DNA from: Longimicrobiales bacterium
GTDB taxonomy: Bacteria > Gemmatimonadota > Gemmatimonadetes > Longimicrobiales > Gaopeijiaceae
Assembly: GCA_965197725.1 (NCBI GenBank)
Contig: CBDANQ010000061.1
Location: 32,001-96,000, forward strand
DNA: 64,000 nucleotides
Direction of reading: 5' to 3'
Shown: piece by piece, positions 29,466 through 39,542 of the stretch
How positions within the stretch are numbered: the first letter of the stretch is position 1
How the letters are laid out: each line of letters opens with the position of its first letter
Notes under the pieces: model-generated
Told to the model about the DNA's origin: nothing
The model's input: the letters and a program-made list of their open reading frames with translations, nothing else
Databases searched by the model: none
Position numbers and translations under genes: made by a program

Positions 29466-30596
29466 TCAGTGTCTCAGGCCGCTGGCCTCGGCAAACTCCT
29501 CCATCGCCTTTTGCTCATCAGCTGTCAGCTCGTCCGGGACCGAGACCTCGACTTCCACGAGCTGATCCCCTACCCGGTTGGCCTTCCTGATCCCCTGTCC
29601 GCGGATGCGGAACTTCGTGCCGGACTGCGTGCCCTTCGGGATGCGGAGCACGACCTTCTTCCCGCTCACGGTCCGCACCTTGATCTTCGACCCGAGCGTG
29701 GCTTGAACGATGTTGATGGGGATCGTCACATGGATGTCGAGTCCCTCCCGCGTGAAGAAGCGATCCGGCTGCACTTTGAAGGTGATGATCAAGTCTCCCG
29801 CCTTGCCGCCGGACTTCCCGCGCTCCCCGTGCCCTGACAGCCGGACCTTCCCGCCTGTGTCGACGCCAATCGGCACGTTGATCTGTAGCTTCCGCTGCTG
29901 ACGGACGGTTCCGCGTCCATCACACGAGGAGCACGGAGTCTCAGGGATCATGCCACGCCCGAAGCACGCCGGGCACGGACGCTTGACCGCGAATCCTCCC
30001 TGACCGAAGGAGATGTCACCGGTGCCCTTGCATTCCTTGCACGTATGGAGGTCGGTGCCAGGCTTGGCGCCCACGCCGCTGCACGTCGCACAGTCCTCGG
30101 TGCTCGAGACCTCGATCGAAACCTTGCCACCCCGCACCGCCGTGAGGAATGGGATCTCCACGACGTACTCGACGTTCTCCCCCTTCTCACGGCCGCCTTT
30201 CTTCGCGCCCGCAGGCTCCGTCTTGCCGATGTTGTCGAAGAGGGTGCTGAACAGATCCGAGATGTTTCCGAAGCCGCCCTGTAGGTCCTCGAACGAGAAC
30301 TCCGGGTCGGTCCGCGTCCCAGGGCCGGGGCCGCGCCCCCCCGGGGAGCGGCCGCGACCCAAACCGAACGCGCCAAGACGACGCATGTGATCGTACTGCT
30401 TCCGCTTGGCGGGGTCGCTCAGAACCGAATACGCCTCGCCGACTTCCTTGAAACGATTGGAGGCCTTGCGATCGCCACTGTTGGCGTCCGGATGGAACTG
30501 CTTGGCGAGCTTGCGATAAGCTCTCTTCAACTCGTCCGGCGTCGCCTTCTCACCGACTCCGAGGACCTGGTAGTAGTCCTTCTTCGCCGCGGCCAT
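29466..30596 (-). CDS. dnaJ: Chaperone DnaJ
   Basis: J-domain HPD; four CxxCxGxG repeats. Confidence 0.95.
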   Translation of the reverse strand: MAAAKKDYYQVLGVGEKATPDELKRAYRKLAKQFHPDANSGDRKASNRFKEVGEAYSVLSDPAKRKQYDHMRRLGAFGLGRGRSPGGRGPGPGTRTDPEFSFEDLQGGFGNISDLFSTLFDNIGKTEPAGAKKGGREKGENVEYVVEIPFLTAVRGGKVSIEVSSTEDCATCSGVGAKPGTDLHTCKECKGTGDISFGQGGFAVKRPCPACFGRGMIPETPCSSCDGRGTVRQQRKLQINVPIGVDTGGKVRLSGHGERGKSGGKAGDLIITFKVQPDRFFTREGLDIHVTIPINIVQATLGSKIKVRTVSGKKVVLRIPKGTQSGTKFRIRGQGIRKANRVGDQLVEVEVSVPDELTADEQKAMEEFAEASGLRH

Positions 30597-30602
30597 TCGT
30601 GC

Positions 30603-31277
30603 CTAGCCGTGCTTGTGAACGCTCACCCGGGCTGGCCGGACGAGAATGCCCTTGAGCGTATACCCCGTCTGAAAGACCTGTGCGACGACGTCATCCTCTT
30701 CTTCGTTCTCCGTGGGGACACGCATCATCGCCTCCATGCGTTCCGGGTCGAACGCGTCGCCGACAGGATCGATTATCTCCATGCCCGAATCCGCTATGAC
30801 CCGCACAAATTTCCGTTCCACTAGGTCGATGCCCTCCATGATCCCCTCGACCGTCGCATTGCTCAGGTCGAGGTCCGCGGCTCGATGAAGATCATCCAGA
30901 ACGTCTAGGAACTTCTCGACCAGATCCGCCTGCGCCCGGGTCCACGATTCCAGTCGCTGCTGCTCGGTCCGGCGGCGGAAGTTATTGAACTCCGCCGCGA
31001 GCCGGAGGTGTCGGTCGTTCAGCTCGTCGAACTGTGCCTCCACCGCGAGCACTTCGGCGTCGGCGTCGTCCTCGTAATGCGCGCCATCTTCCGCCCCTGC
31101 AACCGCCCCGTCCGGCGGCGCGTCGTCGTCCGACGTGTCGTCCTCATACGACTCGTCGAACCCCTCGAGCGGGTCCGGAAGATCGGAGTCGTCCGTCGGG
31201 CCGGCGACCTCATCATCGACGATCTCGTCGTCCTCGGCGGGCTCGATATCGTCCGTGTTCGATACGACATCCGTCAT
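30603..31277 (-). CDS. grpE: Nucleotide exchange factor GrpE
   Basis: RLAAEFNNFRRR, FDPE..EA, Q.GY.L...LVRPARVSV; acidic N-terminus. Confidence 0.92.
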   Translation of the reverse strand: MTDVVSNTDDIEPAEDDEIVDDEVAGPTDDSDLPDPLEGFDESYEDDTSDDDAPPDGAVAGAEDGAHYEDDADAEVLAVEAQFDELNDRHLRLAAEFNNFRRRTEQQRLESWTRAQADLVEKFLDVLDDLHRAADLDLSNATVEGIMEGIDLVERKFVRVIADSGMEIIDPVGDAFDPERMEAMMRVPTENEEEDDVVAQVFQTGYTLKGILVRPARVSVHKHG

Positions 31278-31337
31278 GATTTCGTCTTGTTCGGGATGGG
31301 TCCAAGCGTACAAGATACCATGCCTACGGCTCGCCGT

Positions 31338-32633
31338 TCAGGTGTCCGCCTTGGATGCTTGAAGGCTTCGGAGCAGAAGCGCGAAGGCCGCTTGAGCCGC
31401 CCGCTCTCGCACCGCCTGGCGATCCCCTACGAAGCGGGTGTGTTCGCTGGTCGTGCTACCGGGACCCGAGACCGCAAGCCAGACCGTACCCACGGGCTTT
31501 TCATCGGTCCCACCACGCGGTCCTGCGATACCCGTCACGGCGACGCCGAGGTCCGCGCCGAGCCGCCGCGCGACACCCCTCGCCATCTGCGTCGCGACAG
31601 GCTCCGAGACAGCCCCGTGCGCCGACAGCAGGTCCTCCGGGACCTGGAGCAACGCTGTCTTGACCGCATTGTCGTATGCGACGAGCCCACCGACGTAGAT
31701 GTCGGACGCTCCCCCGAGGTCGGTAATCCGTTTAGCCATCAAGCCGGCCGTGCAACTCTCGGCGGTGGCCAGGCGCATGTTTCGACCCCTCAACGCCTCC
31801 GAGACAGACTCGACGATATCGCCGCTCGTGGCACTGAAACGCCATGGGTCCACGACCGGCTCCAGACGATCGAGCACATGATGTAACTGGGCTTGGGCGA
31901 CCTCGGCGGGTAGCCCACGTGCCGTCAGCCGCAGGTCAACCCCTCGCAAGTCCGGCAAGTACGCGACCGACACGTCAGGGGCGAGCTCTGAGATGGCGGG
32001 GGGCCGGGCGAAGGCTCGCTCGATCAACTCGGCGAGGCGGGACTCGGGGACTCCGGTCGTATGGACCGTTCGGTGGGACACCGGGAGAGCCTGGTCTCCG
32101 AACTCGACCTCGAGGAAATCGCTCAACTCCCCCCCAAAGATCGCGCGCAACTCCCGAGGCACGCCCGGAAGCAGCACGAGCCAGGCCTCTGAAAACCGCA
32201 TCGCGAGGCCCGGCGCGGTTCCCCGTGGGTTGTGTAGGACGCGCGCTCCCCTCGGTACTTCGGCCTGTGAGACGTTCGGGACCGGTAGCTCCCCGTATCC
32301 ACGAGCCTCGAACCGCTCGCGCAGACGTCGCAGCAAGGCCTGGTCCACTTCAAGTACTGCACCGATCAACTCCGCCACGCTCTGCCGCGTGACATCATCC
32401 GACGTCGGGCCCAGCCCCCCGGAGACGAGCACGAGGTCCGCGATATCGGCGGCCTCCCGCACGGCATGTCGGATCTCCTCGGCGACGTCCGCGACGGTAT
32501 AGCGGCGGACGATCGTGATTCCACGGGACGCCAGAGCTCGACCCATCCACGCCGAGTTGGTGTCGACCGTTTCGCCGAAGAGCAGCTCGTTGCCGACCGA
32601 AACGACGCAGGCGCGGACGCCCGACGCGTTCAC
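31338..32633 (-). CDS. cinA: Competence/damage-inducible protein CinA (with NMN deamidase domain)
   Basis: GNELLFGETVDTNS, GGLGPT.DD.TR, AESCTAGL, HGAVSE. Confidence 0.93.
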   Translation of the reverse strand: MNASGVRACVVSVGNELLFGETVDTNSAWMGRALASRGITIVRRYTVADVAEEIRHAVREAADIADLVLVSGGLGPTSDDVTRQSVAELIGAVLEVDQALLRRLRERFEARGYGELPVPNVSQAEVPRGARVLHNPRGTAPGLAMRFSEAWLVLLPGVPRELRAIFGGELSDFLEVEFGDQALPVSHRTVHTTGVPESRLAELIERAFARPPAISELAPDVSVAYLPDLRGVDLRLTARGLPAEVAQAQLHHVLDRLEPVVDPWRFSATSGDIVESVSEALRGRNMRLATAESCTAGLMAKRITDLGGASDIYVGGLVAYDNAVKTALLQVPEDLLSAHGAVSEPVATQMARGVARRLGADLGVAVTGIAGPRGGTDEKPVGTVWLAVSGPGSTTSEHTRFVGDRQAVRERAAQAAFALLLRSLQASKADT

Positions 32634-32643
32634 GCGGACCTCC

Positions 32644-33291
32644 TCAGCTTCTGATTCCGACCAGAGACCGGTACGACCACAGGTAGTCCAGCATCGAATA
32701 GATCGTCAGGATGAGAGCGAGGGCAAGCGTGACGCCCACCCACCCGGTGTGCAGCGTCTGCCAGTAGCCGTACAGACCCTCGTCGTCCCACCCCCGCGAC
32801 TCCGCCAGCATGCGCAGCGGATACCAGAGCAGCAGACCGCCGATGAACAATGCCTGCAGCAGCGCTTTCTGTTTCCCCGACTTGCCGGCTGCGATCACCA
32901 CGCCTCGCCCCACTGCGTAGCTACGAAAGATCGTGATGAAGATCTCCCGCCCAAAGATGACCACCAACACCCATACGGGCATAGGGCCCCACCAAGGGAT
33001 CAGATCACCGTCGAAGCCTCGGTGCGAAATGACGAAGAACGGGACGAACGTTACAAAGAGTAAAAGCTTGTCCGCTATGGGATCGAGCAGCTTCCCGATG
33101 TCGGTGATCTGGTCGTATCGGCGCGCCAGGTACCCGTCCCAGATGTCGGAGAGACCCGCCACCACGAAGAGCACGAAGGCGCCGAACCGAACCGTCATCG
33201 TCGGCGACAATGCCATCAAGAAGATCACCGGACACACGGCGATCCGGGCCAACGTAATGACGTTGGGGAGGGTGAGACGGTTCTCGGACAA
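32644..33291 (-). CDS. pgsA: CDP-alcohol phosphatidyltransferase (PgsA-like)
   Basis: LPNVITLAR, SDIWDGYLARR....TDIGKLLDPIADK. Confidence 0.88.
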   Translation of the reverse strand: MSENRLTLPNVITLARIAVCPVIFLMALSPTMTVRFGAFVLFVVAGLSDIWDGYLARRYDQITDIGKLLDPIADKLLLFVTFVPFFVISHRGFDGDLIPWWGPMPVWVLVVIFGREIFITIFRSYAVGRGVVIAAGKSGKQKALLQALFIGGLLLWYPLRMLAESRGWDDEGLYGYWQTLHTGWVGVTLALALILTIYSMLDYLWSYRSLVGIRS

Positions 33292-33310
33292 GGGGGCCTG
33301 CCCTGCGAGG

Positions 33311-33889
33311 TCAGGCGAGCGCTTTGATGACCAGCTTGCTCACGCACGAAAGGGTCTCAAAGACCCCTTTCCCTTCGATCGCGATACCCTCGAAGTCCGG
33401 CACCCCCATTGGGTTGATCTGGGCCCGGAGCTCTTCGGGTGAGAGCAGGTCCGACATGTCTCGCTTGTTGTATTGGATCGCGAAGGGAATCGTCTCGAGG
33501 TCGTATCCATAGGTCTCGAGGTTCTCGTACAGATTGTGCATGGACTCGATGTTCGCCTCGGCCCGTGCAGCTTGCGAATCGCCCACGAACACAAGCCCGT
33601 CCACACCCTTCAAGATCAGGCGACAGCTGGCGTTGTAGTAGACCTGCCCCGGTACGGTGTAGAGGTGGAAACGAGTCTTGAAGCCGCGAACCTCACCAAG
33701 GTCGATCGGGAGGAAGTCGAAGAAGAGCGTGCGCTCGGTCTCCGTTGCGAGAGAGATCATTTTTCCCTTGGTATCGGGATTCACCCGGGAGTAGATGTAC
33801 TCCAAGTTCGTCGTCTTGCCACCGAGACCGGTGCCGTAGTAGACGATCTTGCAGTTGATCTCGCGCGAGGCGTAGTTGATCATCGACAC
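33311..33889 (-). CDS. mglA: MglA-type small Ras-like GTPase
   Basis: [44 protein letters not shown]. Confidence 0.92.
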   Translation of the reverse strand: MSMINYASREINCKIVYYGTGLGGKTTNLEYIYSRVNPDTKGKMISLATETERTLFFDFLPIDLGEVRGFKTRFHLYTVPGQVYYNASCRLILKGVDGLVFVGDSQAARAEANIESMHNLYENLETYGYDLETIPFAIQYNKRDMSDLLSPEELRAQINPMGVPDFEGIAIEGKGVFETLSCVSKLVIKALA

Positions 33890-34005
33890 GGGTCGACGCT
33901 ACCTCTCTCGCTGCACGGTTGTCGGGTCCGCCGGACGGATGACGCCGGCCGGCTCGAAGGGCCCATAAGCTCGGTAGCGCCGCCCTGCGGGGCAAGATGG
34001 ACACT

Positions 34006-34320
34006 TCACAAGCCCTCAGCCTCTGCTAGCAAGCCTGCGTGAGCCACTTCTTCCTCCATCCGAGATACGATCGATTGCGCGCGCTCACGCAACAGCCTTC
34101 TGGGCTCCCATGCTACGAAGTCCCTTAGCATTCGAATAGTATCGACTGAGGCGGGCGCCTTGCTGACGTGCCCGAGGGCAGCCAATCGCCGCAACGCGCG
34201 GGGGGAGAAGAGATCTCGCTGGTGGCGCGTGATCTGGTCGCGGATGATCAGCGCGGCAAGCGCCCCGGCGGCGGCGGCCGCGAGCACCGTGATCCCCGCC
34301 GTGCGAAGTCGGTTGCTCAA
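34006..34320 (-). CDS. Conserved hypothetical protein (N-terminal TM, HEAT-like helix)
   Basis: Overlaps recR stop; HQRDLFSP..LRRLAALG. Confidence 0.65.
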   Translation of the reverse strand: MSNRLRTAGITVLAAAAAGALAALIIRDQITRHQRDLFSPRALRRLAALGHVSKAPASVDTIRMLRDFVAWEPRRLLRERAQSIVSRMEEEVAHAGLLAEAEGL

Positions 34321-34916
34321 ATCGACATCTCCCGCCGTCCGGCAAGCGCCTGAGCGATCGTCGTGCCGTCCACGTATTCCAGGTCACTTCCAACAGGAAT
34401 TCCACGCGCGAGCCTCGTCACACGTGGTCCCAGCGGGCGGATCTCTTGATCCAGATACACCGCCGTTGCCTCTCCTTCCACCGAAGCGTTCGTAGCGATG
34501 ATGATCTCCTGAATCTCTCCATCAGATTGGCGAATACGCTCCAACAAGGGAACCAGATTCAACTCGTCGGGCCCCACGCCGTCCAAGGGAGAAAGGCGCC
34601 CACCGAGAACGTGGAAGAGCCCGCGATATTGCCCAGTGCGCTCGATCGCGCCCACCTCGTACGCCTCCTCCACAACACACAGTACGGTGCCATCCCTGCT
34701 AGGAGTCGAACACACTTCGCAGAGCTCGTGCTCGGAGAAGTTTCCGCACACGTCGCACTGGCGAACCCGGTCCGCGAGGTCAACCAAGGACCGAGCAAGT
34801 CGCCGCGTGTCCTCCTTCGAGCCCTTCATGAGATGATGAACCAGACGGAGCGCAGTCTTGGGCCCGATACCGGGAAGCCTCGCGAGGTCGCCGGTGAGCC
34901 GTTCGATTACCGACAT
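34317..34916 (-). CDS. recR: Recombination protein RecR
   Basis: LPGIGPKTA, CxxC..CxxC, HVLGGRLSPLDGVGP, TOPRIM EGEATA, EYVD. Confidence 0.96.
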   Translation of the reverse strand: MSVIERLTGDLARLPGIGPKTALRLVHHLMKGSKEDTRRLARSLVDLADRVRQCDVCGNFSEHELCEVCSTPSRDGTVLCVVEEAYEVGAIERTGQYRGLFHVLGGRLSPLDGVGPDELNLVPLLERIRQSDGEIQEIIIATNASVEGEATAVYLDQEIRPLGPRVTRLARGIPVGSDLEYVDGTTIAQALAGRREMSI

Positions 34917-34941
34917 GGACGTGGCCCTCCGGTCGCGGTGG

Positions 34942-35268
34942 TCAGAAGAGCTTCGGCAGGCCTGGGATGTTCATGGGAAGCCCGCCCGTGACCTTCTTCA
35001 TCTCTTGCTCATACTCGCCCTGAGCCTTGACCTGAGCCTCGCTCACCGCAGCCAGGACGAGGTCCTCCAGCATCTCCACGTCGCGAGGGTCGACGCAGGT
35101 CGGATCGATCTGCACCTCCTTCACGGAGCCCTTTCCGTCTACCGTGACGGTCACCATTCCGCCGCCGGAGGACGCGGAGACCCTCCTGGCCTCCAAGGAC
35201 TTCTGAAGTTCCGTCATCTTGGCCTGCATCCGCTGGCCGAGCTGCATGAGCTGCTGAATGTTGTCCAT
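34942..35268 (-). CDS. ybaB: YbaB/EbfC nucleoid-associated protein
   Basis: SGGGMVTVTVDG, D.EMLEDLVLAA; between dnaX and recR. Confidence 0.93.
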   Translation of the reverse strand: MDNIQQLMQLGQRMQAKMTELQKSLEARRVSASSGGGMVTVTVDGKGSVKEVQIDPTCVDPRDVEMLEDLVLAAVSEAQVKAQGEYEQEMKKVTGGLPMNIPGLPKLF

Positions 35269-35279
35269 GGCTCCGTACG

Positions 35280-36923
35280 CTAATCCATTAGCTCCAGGTC
35301 GAGTTCTTCTACCGCCTCTCGTAGGCGGAGTTCCTGCCGGAAGAGAGCGCTCAGCGTGTCTCCCCGGACCTCCTCGTCGGTGATCCGCACGGTCTCCGGT
35401 GCAGCCTCCGCGGGCAATCCGAGAACCAGATCAGGGACCCGGCCCAAGTACGGCTCCAGTCCCCGACCGACTTCCGCCAGAACGGCGGAGGTGCGAAGCC
35501 TCTCCGTCGCCGGACCTGGCAGCGGCGTAACCTCGATGCGTCCGTCCGACAGCTCGCGCACGGTGGAGGAGCGCAGAAGAGCACTGAGTCCACGCGGCAC
35601 GGTCTGCGCGGCGTCAAGCCAGCTCAGCCACGCCTCCTCGACTTGAGATACTGCCTCCTCAGTCGTGGCTAAGTCCAACGTGTTATGTGTGTTGATATCG
35701 TTTATATCATGTTTGGCATCATGCGAATGAGAGGTGCCCGAACCGCCGCCATGTCCCGCCCCACCGGTGGGCGGCGGCGCCCCGCCGAGAGCCGAGATCA
35801 GCTCCTCCAGGGCGATCGTGCGGTCCAAATAACTGAGCCGAAGCAGAAGCATTTCGATGAGAACGCGCGGATTCGGACTGCGCCTTAGGCTACCCTGGCT
35901 TTCAAGGTCGGCCGCGGCCGCGAGCATGCGGGCCAGATCGGCGGCCTCGAACGAGCCCACACGCGAAGCAAAGTCGGCCCGGAGTTCCTCCGGGAGATCG
36001 AGAGGCGTCTGCGGGGCGAGACGTAGCCGCAGCAGTGTGCGCAAGACGTCCATGAGGCCGTAGTAGAACTCGACCAGGTCGTACCCTTCATCGGCGAGGC
36101 GCTCGACCAGCGTGAAGACCTCCGCATGGCGGCCCCCCGCGAGGATGTCCAACAGCTCCAGGTATCGCTCTTCCTCAACGAGGCCCAGCACACGCCGGAC
36201 GGCGTCGGCCTCGACATCGCCTCCGGTCAAGGAGATGACCTGGTCCAGCATCGAGAGGGCGTCCCGCATACCCCCGTTGGCTTTGCGAGCGATCATGCGA
36301 AGCGCGTCTTCGGGCGCGTTCGCATCCTCCTGGGCAAGCACGGCACTCAGCCGCGAAACGATGTCCGATACGCCAATGCGCCGGAAGTCGAATCGTTGGC
36401 AACGCGAAAGGATCGCCGCCGCTGACTGTTCGATCTTCTGAGGCTCTGTGGTCGCGAAGACGAAGATCACCCGCGGCGGCGGTTCCTCGAGGATCTTCAG
36501 TAAGGCGTTCCACGCCTCACGCGTGAGCATGTGCGCCTCGTCGACGATGTATACCTTGTATCCGGCCCCGGAGGGTGCGTACATCGCCCGCTCACGAAGG
36601 TCCCTCGCGTCGTCGACACCCCGGTTAGAGGCCGCGTCGATCTCGACGACATCCAAGGCGGTGTGGCCACCCCAAATTCGCGTACAGCTCTCGCACACCC
36701 CGCACGGCTCGCCCTCCGCGCTACGGTCGGGACAGTTCAGCGCCATCGCGAGTACGCGCGCCAGTGTCGTCTTTCCGACACCGCGCGGCCCGCAGAAGAG
36801 GTACGCATGCCCCACTCGCCCGCCGGAGACCGCGTTACGGAGCGTGTCGGAGACGTGCTCCTGCGTCGCCACATCCGCGAACGATCGGGGTCGATACTTG
36901 CGGGCTAAAGCAATGTGGGCCAA
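35280..36923 (-). CDS. dnaX: DNA polymerase III subunit gamma/tau
   Basis: ARKYRP, GPRGVGKTT, EIDAASNRGVDD, DEAHML, SRCQRFDF. Confidence 0.96.
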   Translation of the reverse strand: MAHIALARKYRPRSFADVATQEHVSDTLRNAVSGGRVGHAYLFCGPRGVGKTTLARVLAMALNCPDRSAEGEPCGVCESCTRIWGGHTALDVVEIDAASNRGVDDARDLRERAMYAPSGAGYKVYIVDEAHMLTREAWNALLKILEEPPPRVIFVFATTEPQKIEQSAAAILSRCQRFDFRRIGVSDIVSRLSAVLAQEDANAPEDALRMIARKANGGMRDALSMLDQVISLTGGDVEADAVRRVLGLVEEERYLELLDILAGGRHAEVFTLVERLADEGYDLVEFYYGLMDVLRTLLRLRLAPQTPLDLPEELRADFASRVGSFEAADLARMLAAAADLESQGSLRRSPNPRVLIEMLLLRLSYLDRTIALEELISALGGAPPPTGGAGHGGGSGTSHSHDAKHDINDINTHNTLDLATTEEAVSQVEEAWLSWLDAAQTVPRGLSALLRSSTVRELSDGRIEVTPLPGPATERLRTSAVLAEVGRGLEPYLGRVPDLVLGLPAEAAPETVRITDEEVRGDTLSALFRQELRLREAVEELDLELMD

Positions 36924-36999
36924 TACGTTATCGCGTTACGAGTGCCGCCGCTGAATCCTCTTCCGAGGCGAGTCGTCGACACCGCCGGAGGGAAGGAAA

Positions 37000-37100
37000 A
37001 TGCCCCAGGCGACCCGCAGCGACGATCACCGCACTTACCGCTGCTACCTGCGGGGTCCTGACGGGATTCGTGAGCTTTCGCCCTGCGGACCTGGGGCACC
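37000..37100 (-). ncRNA. ffs: Signal recognition particle RNA (small, 4.5S type)
   Basis: Long hairpin with GGTGCCCCAGG...CCTGGGGCAT ends; CAGG...AGCAGC domain IV motif; classic position upstream of dnaX. Confidence 0.88.
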
Positions 37101-37177
37101 CCTGAAGCTATTTCTGGGGGCGTGGGCGGTCAACGAGGCCCGCTACCGAACCGAGGCCCACCATGCGGCATCCTCCC

Positions 37178-37567
37178 TCACGGCCAGCCAGGCCTCCAGG
37201 CGTCTTCAAGGTGCTCCAAGCGCGTGACACAGCCGTGCAAAGCGACCTCGATGGCGATGACGTCGAAGCGGACCGGACCGTCAACACGTGCGCTCCGAAC
37301 CAGATACTCCGCGGCGACGGCTTCGATCTCGCGGCGCTTCTTCCAGGTCACTGCCTCTTCAGGATGACCGCATCCGCCCCCTGCCCGGGTTTTCACTTCG
37401 ACGAACGCGAGCAGCCGGCCCTTGCGCACGATCAGGTCGACCTCGCGGCGGCCGAAGCGATAATTTCGGGCCATGACGGTCCAGCCCGCGGAGCGCAGGT
37501 AGCGGATGGCGATCCGCTCGCCACGACGGCCCAACACGTGCGGCGGGTGGTCCCGGTGAGTGCCCAT
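37178..37567 (-). CDS. YraN family nuclease-like protein
   Basis: LGRRGERIA, RNYR...EVDLI, FVEVKTR, RFDVIAI. Confidence 0.9.
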   Translation of the reverse strand: MGTHRDHPPHVLGRRGERIAIRYLRSAGWTVMARNYRFGRREVDLIVRKGRLLAFVEVKTRAGGGCGHPEEAVTWKKRREIEAVAAEYLVRSARVDGPVRFDVIAIEVALHGCVTRLEHLEDAWRPGWP

Positions 37568-37620
37568 CCAGAAACGATCGCGACCGGACTGGGACCGAGG
37601 GATGAGCGCATGGGACAGCG

Positions 37621-38649
37621 CTAGAGCGGGGCAGTCACGTGCCGTCCGATCGCTTTCGCGATAACCTTGATCTGCTCCATGAGGCTCGCGAACTGATCCG
37701 GATAGAGAGACTGCGCCCCGTCTGACATCGCGCTCGGCGGATCACCGTGCACCTCGACGATCAGCCCGTCCGCACCGGCGGCCACCGCTGCGCACCCCAT
37801 GGGGATGACCATCGTTCGGATGCCCGTGCCGTGGCTCGGGTCCGCGATCATCGGAAGATGAGAGAGCGACTGGACGACAGGGATGGCCGCAAGATCCAAC
37901 ACGTTCCTGGTATGCGTGTCGAAGCCGCGTACGCCACGCTCGCACAAGATCACGTTGGGGTTTCCCTCGGCGAGAACGTACTCCGCCGCGAGCAGAAACT
38001 CCTCGATCGTAGCGGACATGCCACGCTTGAGCAGCACGGGCTTACCAGAGCGCCCGGCGCGGCGCAGCAGCGGATAGTTCTGCATGTTCCGTGCGCCTAT
38101 CTGCACGATATCGGCGTACTGTGCCACGAGGTCCACGCCTTCGGGGTCCAGAGCCTCCGTCACGACGGCCAGTCCTGTCTCTTCACAGGCCTTGGCGAGC
38201 AGATCGAGTCCCTCCAGCCCGAGGCCCTGGAAAGAATACGGTGAGGTTCGGGGCTTGAACGCGCCGCCCCGGAGCACGGTCGCGCCCATCTCCTTGAGCT
38301 GGTGCGCGATGTCGAGGATCTGCGCCTCGCCCTCCACCGCACATGGCCCGGCGATCACCGCGATGTCCGACCCTCCGAACGACGTGCCGTTCGCGAGTGA
38401 GACGACCGTGTCCTCCTCCTGCCACTCTCTCGAGACCTGCTTGTACGGGTGCGTGACGGGAATGACCTCGAGTACCCCCCCGAGACCCTGCAACCGGCCC
38501 GCATCCACCCCGCCGTCATTGCCGATGATACCCACGGCGGTCCGCTGTCCACCCGGAATTGGCCGAGCATCGTAGCCCATGTCCTTGATGACTCCGACGA
38601 CCGCATCGATCTGGTCGTTCGAAGCCGCGTTCTTCATGACAACGAGCAT
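37621..38649 (-). CDS. aroF: DAHP synthase type I-beta with N-terminal regulatory domain
   Basis: [41 protein letters not shown]. Confidence 0.94.
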   Translation of the reverse strand: MLVVMKNAASNDQIDAVVGVIKDMGYDARPIPGGQRTAVGIIGNDGGVDAGRLQGLGGVLEVIPVTHPYKQVSREWQEEDTVVSLANGTSFGGSDIAVIAGPCAVEGEAQILDIAHQLKEMGATVLRGGAFKPRTSPYSFQGLGLEGLDLLAKACEETGLAVVTEALDPEGVDLVAQYADIVQIGARNMQNYPLLRRAGRSGKPVLLKRGMSATIEEFLLAAEYVLAEGNPNVILCERGVRGFDTHTRNVLDLAAIPVVQSLSHLPMIADPSHGTGIRTMVIPMGCAAVAAGADGLIVEVHGDPPSAMSDGAQSLYPDQFASLMEQIKVIAKAIGRHVTAPL

Positions 38650-38719
38650 CAGGAGCTCGGTTGGGGAAGGAGGAACCGGGGAAGGAACAACCTAAGTCTA
38701 CACGTGTGTCGTGGAGTGC

Positions 38720-39529
38720 TCAACGACCGTCGACGGCAGCCTCGACGACGGGGCCGTCTTGGTCGAACCGCACGGTCAATCCGTCCTCGCCCGGTACGAT
38801 GCGCCCGCCGAACCCGTGTTGGCCGACCAGCAGCGCTGCGTCGGCTGGGCGAGTGGGCGGGTACACGTGCGTGACGATGAGCAGTTCGGGGTCGGCGAGC
38901 GTCGCGAGGCGGGCCAAACCCGATGGAGCGAGGTGGAACTCCATTTCGGGAGGGTCCCTCAGCGCGCATTCTCCGATGAGGACGCTGCATCCCGCCAAGA
39001 ACTCGCCGACCACGTCCGAGGGCCCGGTATCGCCGGTGTAGCTCACGACACCGCTCGGGGTCTCGACACGGTACGCCACGGACTCGTCGGTGTGGGGCGT
39101 GGGGTGAGCGCGGATGCGGAGCCCTGATCTCTGCTGCTCGAACACATCGTCGGGTCCGAGCTCGCACACCCGAAGCGGAAAGCCGGGGTCCAGGATATGG
39201 TCCCCCAGCGCTGAGGCGAGGCGGCTCAGGAAGCCGCGGAAGCCCGGTGGACCGATCAAGGTGAGCGGTGCTTCCCTAGCTCCTGCCAGGCCGTGCCGGA
39301 GCGCGAACAGGACCCCAGAGAGGTCCCCCACGTGGTCGTTGTGATAGTGGCTTATCACGACATGGCTCAGACCCGCCCAGTCGACGGCGTGTCGGGCCAG
39401 GCCATGCAGGGTCCCCGATCCACAATCGAGCAACAAGCGAAACCCGTCTCCGTCAATCAGGTGCGCGGCGGAGCTTCGAGATGCAGCCGGAAGCAACGTT
39501 CCGGCTCCCAGTATCGTTACGGAGGTCAC
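38720..39529 (-). CDS. MBL-fold metallo-hydrolase (RNase Z/BN-like)
   Basis: LLDCGSG, SHYHNDH, YTGDT, FHL, THVYP. Confidence 0.88.
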   Translation of the reverse strand: MTSVTILGAGTLLPAASRSSAAHLIDGDGFRLLLDCGSGTLHGLARHAVDWAGLSHVVISHYHNDHVGDLSGVLFALRHGLAGAREAPLTLIGPPGFRGFLSRLASALGDHILDPGFPLRVCELGPDDVFEQQRSGLRIRAHPTPHTDESVAYRVETPSGVVSYTGDTGPSDVVGEFLAGCSVLIGECALRDPPEMEFHLAPSGLARLATLADPELLIVTHVYPPTRPADAALLVGQHGFGGRIVPGEDGLTVRFDQDGPVVEAAVDGR

Positions 39530-39542
39530 GGCGGGGGTCGGA

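Noticed and set aside
29466..31277. grpE-dnaJ without dnaK or hrcA
   Set aside because: Split chaperone operons are common, and dnaK is probably elsewhere.
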